Assembly: GCA_947258545.1 (NCBI GenBank)
Contig: CAMYJI010000004.1
Coordinates: 6,701 to 70,700 of the forward strand
Length of the DNA: 64,000 nt
Reading direction: 5' to 3'
Origin: an uncultured Ectothiorhodospiraceae bacterium
Lineage (GTDB): Bacteria > Pseudomonadota > Gammaproteobacteria > UBA9214
Shown: positions 30,361-38,688 of the stretch, piece after piece
Numbering within the stretch: position 1 is the first letter of the stretch
Layout: each line of letters opens with the position of its first letter
Position numbers and translations under genes: made by a program
Notes under the pieces: generated by a model
Told to the model about the DNA's origin: nothing
The model's database searches: none
The model's input: only the letters and a program-made list of their open reading frames with translations

Positions 30361-31146
30361 ATGAATGATCTCTACGAGGCATTTCATCACCATTTCGATG
30401 TGGTTTCGGCAGATACCACCCGCCTGATCGAGACGGCCTACCGGTTGCGCTACCAGGTCTATTGTCTGGAGAGACCCTACGAGGACTCGCAGGCATTTCC
30501 GCAGCAGATGGAACATGATGAATTTGATCTGCACTCGATCCACAGCCTGGTGAAGTGCAGGAGATCGGGTAATTATACCGGCCTGGTCAGGCTGGTCTTG
30601 CCGAATCCGGTCGACCCGGAGGCCCACCTGCCCATGGAAAAATTCTGTTACGCCGACCCGAAAAGTACCGGGATCGATTTGTCACACGTGCCCCGGGAAT
30701 CGATTGCGGAGATATCGAGGTTTTCTGTCTCCAAGGCGTTAATGCAGCAGTGCGTTGCGAAGAGTGAACTCGTTTCCGTCGACAGGGATTTTGGAAGAGA
30801 GGATGAAGGCGTGCAGCAGGGCGGTGTGAAGGCGTCCCAGATGCTACCGCATATCACCCTGGGCCTGTTCGCAGGCATCGTCCGGATGAGTGCCCAACAC
30901 AGGATCACCCACTGGCTCGCGGTCATGGAGCCCACCTTGCTCCGGTTCCTGACCCGCTACGGGATTCATTTCCAGTCAGCCGGTCCCCTGGTCAACTATC
31001 ACGGCAAGCGCCAGCCGGCGGTGGCTGAAATCGACACCGTACTGGCCGGTATTCATGCCAAACGCAGGGATGTCTGGAACATCATCACGGACTATGGGCG
31101 TATCTGGCCGCTCAACGGTTCCGCAGAAGTGGCCGGGGCCAGATAA
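30361..31146 (+). CDS. PEP-CTERM/exosortase-associated acyltransferase (N-acyl amino acid synthase-like), copy 2
   Basis: AYRLRYQVYCLE, EHDEFD, LVRLVLP, AEISRFSV, WLAVMEP.LLRFL, VNYHGKRQP; clear paralog of the preceding gene. Confidence 0.9.
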   Translation: MNDLYEAFHHHFDVVSADTTRLIETAYRLRYQVYCLERPYEDSQAFPQQMEHDEFDLHSIHSLVKCRRSGNYTGLVRLVLPNPVDPEAHLPMEKFCYADPKSTGIDLSHVPRESIAEISRFSVSKALMQQCVAKSELVSVDRDFGREDEGVQQGGVKASQMLPHITLGLFAGIVRMSAQHRITHWLAVMEPTLLRFLTRYGIHFQSAGPLVNYHGKRQPAVAEIDTVLAGIHAKRRDVWNIITDYGRIWPLNGSAEVAGAR

Positions 31147-31244
31147 CAGGACTGCCTGTTGCCCCTTCAGTACCCGATTGCCCGGTATCAGGCAATTCAC
31201 CCCGTCTTTATTGGAACGCGTTCACTGCACCCTGGTGCGGTGCC

Positions 31245-32942
31245 TCAGAAATACCGGGCCAGTTCGATCTGCAGGTAATCATCATTTCTGAATGAAAACA
31301 TCGCATCATTCAGGGGGATATTCGAGAAGAACCGCGCTTCCAGTTCCAGCATCCAGTTCTCTCCGATGCGGCGGCTGGCCTCAAGATTGAAGCTCTTGCC
31401 GCTTGTATCCAGGTCGGAGATGATGCCGAACAGGGCCTCGGTGGACTGCATATCATTCAGGGCCAGGCGCAGGCCCACCATGATGTCATCCTCGAACGGC
31501 GTCGGTGCCGATTCTCCGCGATCGTCGAAGTGGTATTCGCCGATGACGCCCAGGTCGGCTGATGTGTCGAGTATACCGACGGCGGTGTATTCAAAGCCCC
31601 CGACCAGCGCGGTGTAGCGATCGCCCTGTCCTGAACGGGTCAGCCATTCGAGCTTCCATAACCAGTCCCCCTTGGTGGCCTGGAGGTCCAGGCTGGTCTG
31701 GTCGATGGTGTCATACAGCGGCACCAGCACCATCTCACCGCCGGGTCTCAGGTCCGGTACAAATCGCGGGTCCCGGCTGGTGCCGGCGAAGTGGGCGAGG
31801 CCGAAGTCCCAGTCACCGATGTAATGTGACCAGCGGATCGCGAAATCGACGTGTTTTTCCTCTGCCGCAGAGGCGTATAACGGATTGTCGACGTCGACGC
31901 GCGGCAGGCTGCGCAAACGTCCTTCCTGCCCGGGAAAGGTGCGCTCCCGGAAGCCGGGCAGCAGAAACAGGTCAACGGTGCCGAAGTCACGAATCAGCGC
32001 CAGGTTGATCATGGGCTGTCCCAGCTTGTCCTCACGATCGATGTTTTCGACCAGGTCGGTCTGGTTGATGATGTCGACCAGGTGCTGTGATTCCGCCACC
32101 CCCCAGAAGACCTTGCTGATCCCGGCGCGCAGCTCCCAGCTATCTGCGGCGATTTGCCATAACAGCTCGCGGATATCGGCATGGGTGCGCTCATCATCGT
32201 GCTGGTCCCAGCGATAGAAGGGTTCGAAGGTGAGGCTTTGCCTGCCGTTTGCCCAGGTGGTGTGGAACTCGGGCTGGATGTAAAACGAAAGGTTGTTGCC
32301 ATGCTGGGATGGATCCACAGGGTCATGGGGAAACAGGCGGGCCTCCAGTGCAATAAAGCCGGATGACTTGCCCTCGCGGAGTACTATCGGCAGTACAAAG
32401 GGGGGTAATTTTTTTTCTGAAGCAGGGCGGTCTTCCGGGTCTTTTTTCAGCGCCAGTATTCGGGGCTGTTCCGGGCTGCCTGACATCGCTGGTCCTGACC
32501 CGCCGCTTGCGTCGTCAGTCCTTTCTTGTGTGGGGTCAGCAGCTGACGAGGCCCGGGGCGGGGCCTGTGACTTCAGGCTAGTACGGGTTGAGCCGCTGGC
32601 CGTGCCCGGCGTGGTGGTGTGGACAACAAACCCCTTCAAGCCCGCCTGGAGGAGCTGGCTACGCATGATATCTGCGCTTTCCCTGTCCGGATACGGGCCG
32701 ACCCTGACGCGCGTCAGGTTGCCCGGGTTGCGTTCTGGCGGTGACGGAGTGGCCGGAAAACCCTGGTCCTGTAGCTGCGTGGCAAGCCGCACCGCCTTGT
32801 CATGATTTTTAAAGGCGCCGACCTGGACGGTGAATTCAGCCAGGGCCATGCCGCAAGCCTGCATTAGACAAATACCCAGGATACCGGCGGTTGGCCAGTG
32901 CCAGGTGCGGCGTATGCGTCTTGTGCTATTCATCCTGGTCAT
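31245..32942 (-). CDS. SPOR domain fused to a putative outer-membrane beta-barrel
   Basis: Signal peptide; SPOR FTVQVGAF..RVRVGPY; low-complexity linker; beta-strand-rich region (VFWGVAES.HLVDIINQ) ending in ELARYF; start uncertain. Confidence 0.8.
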   Translation of the reverse strand: MTRMNSTRRIRRTWHWPTAGILGICLMQACGMALAEFTVQVGAFKNHDKAVRLATQLQDQGFPATPSPPERNPGNLTRVRVGPYPDRESADIMRSQLLQAGLKGFVVHTTTPGTASGSTRTSLKSQAPPRASSAADPTQERTDDASGGSGPAMSGSPEQPRILALKKDPEDRPASEKKLPPFVLPIVLREGKSSGFIALEARLFPHDPVDPSQHGNNLSFYIQPEFHTTWANGRQSLTFEPFYRWDQHDDERTHADIRELLWQIAADSWELRAGISKVFWGVAESQHLVDIINQTDLVENIDREDKLGQPMINLALIRDFGTVDLFLLPGFRERTFPGQEGRLRSLPRVDVDNPLYASAAEEKHVDFAIRWSHYIGDWDFGLAHFAGTSRDPRFVPDLRPGGEMVLVPLYDTIDQTSLDLQATKGDWLWKLEWLTRSGQGDRYTALVGGFEYTAVGILDTSADLGVIGEYHFDDRGESAPTPFEDDIMVGLRLALNDMQSTEALFGIISDLDTSGKSFNLEASRRIGENWMLELEARFFSNIPLNDAMFSFRNDDYLQIELARYF

Positions 32943-33390
32943 GTCTGCAGGCGGGGTTACTGGTGGAGACTCGCGCCTGTTTTCCCTCGACCGGCGTCTC
33001 CACAAACACTATCGGTTTATGGAAGATACAGGGCGGAATGTTCGAACCTCGGCTATGATACCGCATCAACCGCACCGGCTCCTACAGGAAGTCGGTTCCG
33101 GTCACTGTCCCGTGCCCCCTTATTCGCGTGACCTGACATCCGCGTGCGCCCTTGACATGCGTGGATGCCGGGCGCCGTCACCTGCTATCTTTCTCCCGGT
33201 GATTTGTCTAAGATGTCAAATTACAGTCGCAACACCGGGCCGGGACGGGGCTTCGCCCTGCCATCACAGATGTACTCCCTAATGACGTAACAGGAGCCGG
33301 CAGACTCGATTTGTTCCTAACCACCCGAGATGTTTTGCCAAATCACGTTTTGACCCGTTTTATCAACCATCAGTCTTTTTATATCTCTCT

Positions 33391-36195
33391 ATGAAGCAGT
33401 TGCTACCGTGTACCCGCCTCCCGTGGCTTGCCCTGGTGCTGGCCACCCTCCTGACCGGCTGTTCCGACAATAGCGAGGACCTGCTGAGTTTCGCCGAACA
33501 CCTGGAAAACGCGACCGCCTACCGGGAGCAGGGCAAGCTCGAGGAGGCCGTGATCGAGTTCAAGAACGCCCTGCAGTCCAATCCCCGCAGCCTGGAGACC
33601 CGCGCGGCCCTGGGAGACCTGTACATGCAGCTGGGTGATGCCGTCAACGCGGACAAGGAGTTTCGTCATGTCCAGGACGGGCGCGGCGACCCCGCGCTGT
33701 ACATGGTTGGCCTGGGCGACGCCCTGCTGCGTTTGTACTCCTGGCAGGATGTCCTTGACCGCGTCCAGCCGGACCCGCGCCTGAGCGTGGCCGACCAGGC
33801 CGTGGTCCATGCCCAGCAGGGTTCGGCCTACATCGAGCTGGAAAACCTGGAGGCGGCACGCAAGGCCTTCAAGACGGCGCTCGAGCTTGATCCCAACTGT
33901 GCGGCGGGTTTGCTTGGGCAGGCGGCCCTGGCAACCGGCGAGGGCCGGCGTGCATCGGCACGCCAGCTGATCGACCAGGCGCGTGCGCAGGGGACGGGCG
34001 AGGATGCGGCCGAGGCCTGGCGCCTGACGGCTGAGCTGGCACGGCTCGAGGGTGATGACGAACAGGCGGAAGCGGCCTACGGCCAGGCCATCGGGTTGAC
34101 GGCCTTCAAGGGGAAAATACTGGCCGCGCGCGCGAATCTCCGGACCGAGAACGGGGACTATGCCGGTGCCCACCAGGACCTGGACGAGGTGGGCCGCATC
34201 TATAATCGCGGACACCTCTACGTCCTTTATGGCGAGGGCCTGCTGGCCATCCGCGAAGGGCGTTTCGAGGACGGGCGCAAGTTTCTGGAAGAACTGCTCC
34301 AGCGGCAGCCTTCACACCTCAAGGGGCAGTTCTACCTCGGTGTTGCGCAGTTTGCCCTGGGTAACCTCGAGGATGCCGAGACCTACCTGGACCGCGTGGT
34401 GAAGCAAACGCCGCGTTCCTTTTCGGCCGCCCTGCTGCTGGGCAAGGCCCGTTTCCAGCTGGGCAGGTACCGCGCAGCGGCACGGGTACTGGAACCGCTG
34501 CTGGTGGTTGCGCCTGACAACACGGAATTGCAAAGCCTTATGGGCAGCGTTTATCTGTCCATGGGGGCGACGGCGAAGGGCAGCGAACTGTTGCGCGAGG
34601 TGGTGGCCCGGCAGCCCGACAAGGTCAGTGACCGGATGAAACTGGGCCTCAGCCTGATCCGGCTGGGGGAGCATGAAACCGGCATCAAGGAGCTCGAGCA
34701 GGTTGTCCTGGATGTCCCGGAGTCGGACCGTGCCCGCGTCATGCTCCTGACCGGGTATCTACGGGCGGGCAATCACGCCGCCGCCCGCGAACTGGCGGCC
34801 GGGTTGCAGGCGGCGGCGCCGGACCAGGCCACGTCCTGGCTCTATGTCGGGGTGGTGGAACTGGTGGCCGGTGAGCGGCCCGCGGCACGGGAGGCCTTGG
34901 AACGGGCGCTGGCGATCTCTCCGGGGTGGCCGCCCGCCGGGTATAACCTGGCTCGCCTGGAACTGGTGGAAGGCGATGTTGACCGCGCCAGGGCCTTGTA
35001 TGCGGAAGTCCTAGACCAGCACCCCGAACACTTGCAGGTCCTGATGGCCCTGGTATCGCTGGAGGCGGCCAGTGGACGCATGGAGGCCGCGCAGGAACTG
35101 GCCGAACGGGCCATGAAACACCACCCGGAGACACTGGGCCCGCGGCTGTGGCTGGGGCGCTGGTTTCTCTCCCAGGGGGATGCGGATAAGGCCCTGTCCC
35201 TGTTCGAGGAGGTCAAGGAACACCACCCGGAGGACCCGGGTTTTCTGGCGGTACTGGGCGAGGCGGAACTGCGTGCGGGCAACACCCGGGCGGCCCTGAA
35301 CACCCACCAGGCGCTGGCGAAGCTGGCGCCGAACGATGCCCATATCCAGTACATGTATGCGCGCGCCTGCGCCCTGCATGGCGAATACCTGTGCCTGGGG
35401 GATGCCCTCATCGGGGCGCTGCGGCTGCAGCCCGAGCATCCGGGACTGCCGGTGCTGCTGCAGCGTGTGATTGCGTTGTCCGCCAGCCCCGCCAGCACCA
35501 GCAAGTTGCTGTGGCAGATGCAGCAGGTGGCGCCGGACAACCTGTTGCTCACCCGGGTGCGGGGTGATTTCGCCCTGCACCAGGGCCAGTACAGCGACGC
35601 GGTCGCCATTTTCAAGGCGGCACGCAAGCGTTCCCCGGAGCTGTGGGAATGGTCTGAGCGGCTGGCCTATGCCTATGCCCGTGGAAACGAGACCGACCAG
35701 GCCCTGGTGGTCGTCGATGAATGGCTGGCCGCGCATCCCGACGCGGCGGCTGCCTGGCTGTTGCAGGGCAAGATCCGGCTGGGCAGGGGTGAAACCGACC
35801 GGGCCCGGGAGGACTTTGCCCGGGTACTGACATTCGACCCCGACAACGTGCAGGCGCTCAACAACCTGGCCTGGTTGCTGCGGGAACAGGATACAGGACA
35901 GGCCAGGAAATACGCCGAACGGGCGGTGAAACTGGCGCCCGGCCATATCACGCGCGACACCCTGGGGGTGATCCTGCTACGGCTGGGAGAGAACGAGCGG
36001 GCCGAGCAGCTGTTGCGCGAGGCCTTTGGCGAGCGGCCGGAATCCGTGGCCGTGCGCTTTCACCTCGCCGAGGCCTTGGCCGGCCTGGAAAAGACGCTGG
36101 AGGCCCGTTCCCTGTTGCGCGAGGTGTTGCAGGATGCGGCGGATTTCGATGGGCGCGATCGGGCGGAAGCGCTGTTGCGTGAGTTGGGAGGGTGA
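33391..36195 (+). CDS. prsT: PEP-CTERM system TPR-repeat lipoprotein PrsT (copy 2)
   Basis: Lipobox LTGC; AVIEFKNALQ.NP; many TPRs; ALNNLAWLL, DTLG. Confidence 0.88.
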   Translation: MKQLLPCTRLPWLALVLATLLTGCSDNSEDLLSFAEHLENATAYREQGKLEEAVIEFKNALQSNPRSLETRAALGDLYMQLGDAVNADKEFRHVQDGRGDPALYMVGLGDALLRLYSWQDVLDRVQPDPRLSVADQAVVHAQQGSAYIELENLEAARKAFKTALELDPNCAAGLLGQAALATGEGRRASARQLIDQARAQGTGEDAAEAWRLTAELARLEGDDEQAEAAYGQAIGLTAFKGKILAARANLRTENGDYAGAHQDLDEVGRIYNRGHLYVLYGEGLLAIREGRFEDGRKFLEELLQRQPSHLKGQFYLGVAQFALGNLEDAETYLDRVVKQTPRSFSAALLLGKARFQLGRYRAAARVLEPLLVVAPDNTELQSLMGSVYLSMGATAKGSELLREVVARQPDKVSDRMKLGLSLIRLGEHETGIKELEQVVLDVPESDRARVMLLTGYLRAGNHAAARELAAGLQAAAPDQATSWLYVGVVELVAGERPAAREALERALAISPGWPPAGYNLARLELVEGDVDRARALYAEVLDQHPEHLQVLMALVSLEAASGRMEAAQELAERAMKHHPETLGPRLWLGRWFLSQGDADKALSLFEEVKEHHPEDPGFLAVLGEAELRAGNTRAALNTHQALAKLAPNDAHIQYMYARACALHGEYLCLGDALIGALRLQPEHPGLPVLLQRVIALSASPASTSKLLWQMQQVAPDNLLLTRVRGDFALHQGQYSDAVAIFKAARKRSPELWEWSERLAYAYARGNETDQALVVVDEWLAAHPDAAAAWLLQGKIRLGRGETDRAREDFARVLTFDPDNVQALNNLAWLLREQDTGQARKYAERAVKLAPGHITRDTLGVILLRLGENERAEQLLREAFGERPESVAVRFHLAEALAGLEKTLEARSLLREVLQDAADFDGRDRAEALLRELGG

Positions 36196-36223
36196 CTCTC
36201 AGCGCGGCTGAATGTCAATAAAC

Positions 36224-36418
36224 TGTCAGTTAATTTTACACCAATCTCGATAAGCTAACGATTTGTTTATTAAGTATAAGTATCGGTTTCCCCGGGAATC
36301 ACCCGATTTAGTTGCCTCTAGCCTGTCTCGATGCTTTACAGAATGGCGCCCGGTGACTTCGCTTGTATAAAAAAAGAACCAGAAAACAAGTAGATGCGTT
36401 GTAGGAATGAAGATTGCA
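36224..36418 (+). promoter_or_regulatory. Two PrsR-type boxes plus sigma54 promoter of PEP-CTERM gene 2
   Basis: TGTCAGTTAATTTTACA (36224-36240), TGTCTCGATGCTTTACA (36324-36340), AGGAATGAAGATTGCA (36403-36418, GG-N10-GC). Confidence 0.75.
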
Positions 36419-36515
36419 TGTTAATTGACAGACAGGTGGGCGTTACCGGAATGGCGCACATGTACTATGATGACCACTGTGAACTTGATGTAATGACACT
36501 TCGATTTGTAGGGAC

Positions 36516-37520
36516 ATGACGAAGGGTATAACAAGAATGGTTAAATACAGTTTTTCACTCATCACGGCATCCGCGCTGGTGTTGATGGCCGGCGCCGTCA
36601 ATGCCGATATCTATGACCTCAGTTCTGACCCGGGCGGTGTTGATGCATTGACCGTCAGCGGGGATGGCCGGGTGGGCAGCGCTGCGAATTTTGAGGTCTA
36701 TGTCGAGCAACCGGCGGGCACGGGCTACATCGATCCCTTCCTGCGCACCCATGTCCCCGGGCAGAGCGAGGAGGGCGCCTGGTGCGCCACGGGCGGTGGA
36801 ACGCTTGATGGTAGATGCGAGCAGGGCTACAACACCGACGGCCGTCCCGTCGAGTTCGACACCAAGGACGAAAATCAATGGACCAAGTCCCTCCTGCTGA
36901 GCGACTTGCAGATCACCAGTGAGGGCTATGTGGAGTTCCTGCTGGACATCAACCAGGACCAGGGTGGCGCCGGAGAGGACCAGCAGCTGTCCCTGGACGA
37001 ACTCCAGTTTTTCGTCACCACGGATCCCAACCTCCTGGGTTACGATGACGTAAACAATAGATTTATTGACGATGTGGCCGGCGTGGCAGATAACGTCGCG
37101 CTGGCGTGGGAGCTGGATCGTTATCAAGACTGGAATCCCGGTGATGACCCCCCCGGGGAAGACGACTACATTCTGCTGGAGAACTGCAAGGCCCCCGGCA
37201 CCTGCGGCAGCGGTGATTACGATATGCTGGCCCAGATTGCCTACCAGGATTTCATAGACGCGGCTCTAGGGACCGGTGATTCTGATTCAGGAGGGATCGT
37301 AGATTATACCGAGGGTGACGAGCTCTATGTCGTATTGTTCAACCGCTTCGGCGACAACCAGGGCGAGGGCCGAAACAACCCGGGTTCGAACGACGGCTTC
37401 GAGGAATGGTCCGGCGTCCTCTTTACGGCTCCCGAGGTGCCCGAACCGGCAGTGGCCTCGCTGCTGTTCGCCGGCCTTGTCGGGGTGTGGGCCACGCGGC
37501 GTCGCCGCAGGAGCCCCTGA
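36516..37520 (+). CDS. PEP-CTERM sorting domain protein 2
   Basis: Signal peptide (..AGAVNA); very Asp/Glu-rich; GTGYIDPFL, EQGYNTD, FLLDINQ, GSGDYDM, NDGFEEW; C-terminal VPEPAVASLLFAGLVGVWATRRRRR. Confidence 0.93.
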   Translation: MTKGITRMVKYSFSLITASALVLMAGAVNADIYDLSSDPGGVDALTVSGDGRVGSAANFEVYVEQPAGTGYIDPFLRTHVPGQSEEGAWCATGGGTLDGRCEQGYNTDGRPVEFDTKDENQWTKSLLLSDLQITSEGYVEFLLDINQDQGGAGEDQQLSLDELQFFVTTDPNLLGYDDVNNRFIDDVAGVADNVALAWELDRYQDWNPGDDPPGEDDYILLENCKAPGTCGSGDYDMLAQIAYQDFIDAALGTGDSDSGGIVDYTEGDELYVVLFNRFGDNQGEGRNNPGSNDGFEEWSGVLFTAPEVPEPAVASLLFAGLVGVWATRRRRRSP

Positions 37521-37547
37521 CCTCAAACAACACCAACACCAATCCAC

Positions 37548-37572
37548 AGGCCGGCTTCATGCCGGCCTTTTT
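37548..37572 (+). terminator. Intrinsic terminator after PEP-CTERM gene 2
   Basis: AGGCCGGC-TTCAT-GCCGGCCT followed by TTTT. Confidence 0.8.
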
Positions 37573-37861
37573 AGTGCCTGTCGAAAAAAGGGGCATTCCG
37601 GTTTTTGTATTGTTTCGCCGGCCTGGATTTCCCGATGGCCGAAAAACCGGGATGTCCCCTTGATTCAGAAAGATAATTCCCCGTGGCAATTCAGTGGAAT
37701 TGGTGTATGTTTGCAGACAGATTTAATGTGACATTCTGCACAGAAAAGAATATAGTTAATGATTACAGGCGCCTTAAATTTGACGGTGCCTTGTATAACT
37801 ATATGATATCCAGAAGAATTAAGGATTAATCCACGGACCACTATCTACCAGGGGATCGACC

Positions 37862-38494
37862 ATGAAGACGCTCAACTCTTCGCCTCGCGTTGTCAATACG
37901 GTTTTTTCATTGCTGCTGCTGGTGCTGATATCCGGTTGCGCCAGCAAGTACCCGACACTCGAGGGGGGCGCGCCCCCGGTCCAGGTGACACCCGACTACC
38001 TGGTCGGCGCCGGTGACAGTGTCAATATCTTCGTCTGGCGCAATCCCGAGCTTTCAGAGACCGTGACCGTCCGCCCGGACGGGAAAATCACCACCCCGTT
38101 GATCGAGGACGTGCCGGCCAGCGGCAAGACCCCGACCCAGCTGGCGCGGGACATGGAAAAGGAACTCTCGGTGTATGTGAAGAACCCGGTGGTCACGGTC
38201 ATGGTCGATGGTTTCGTCGGCCCCTACAGTGAACAGATCCGCGTGGTCGGTGAAGCAGCCAATCCCCAGTCGCTGGCCTACCGTGACCAGATGACCCTGC
38301 TGGACCTGGTGATCGCGGTCGGTGGCTTGACCGAGTTCGCGGACGGCAACAAGGCCAGCATCGTGCGGGTGGTCGACGGTGAGTGGAAACAGTTCGGCGT
38401 GCGTATCGATGACCTCATCGACGATGCGGATATCGGCGCGAACGCCTACATGCTGCCCGGCGATATCCTCATCATCCCCGAGTCCTGGTTCTAG
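37862..38494 (+). CDS. PEP-CTERM system polysaccharide export lipoprotein (Wza-like)
   Basis: Lipobox ISGC; IFVWRNPELS..VRPDGKITTPL; PGDILIIPESWF. Confidence 0.93.
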   Translation: MKTLNSSPRVVNTVFSLLLLVLISGCASKYPTLEGGAPPVQVTPDYLVGAGDSVNIFVWRNPELSETVTVRPDGKITTPLIEDVPASGKTPTQLARDMEKELSVYVKNPVVTVMVDGFVGPYSEQIRVVGEAANPQSLAYRDQMTLLDLVIAVGGLTEFADGNKASIVRVVDGEWKQFGVRIDDLIDDADIGANAYMLPGDILIIPESWF

Positions 38495-38688
38495 CGCGGC
38501 CGGTCCCGGGAGACGGGCAGTAACCGGCAGACAGGCATATCAGGCGTTCATAGCCGGATTTACAACAAACAAGGGAGCCCGGCCGGTCGTGGGGATTATA
38601 AGTACCGGTCTGAATAACCAGGCAGGAGGCGACATTATCCCGCGCGCAGTGTGGGCAGTCTTTTAGCGGGGCGAAGGAAGATTCTGAA

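Noticed and set aside
37701-37715. TGGTGTATGTTTGCA as a sigma54 promoter for the export gene
   Set aside because: Spacing is 1 bp short and no activator box was found upstream.
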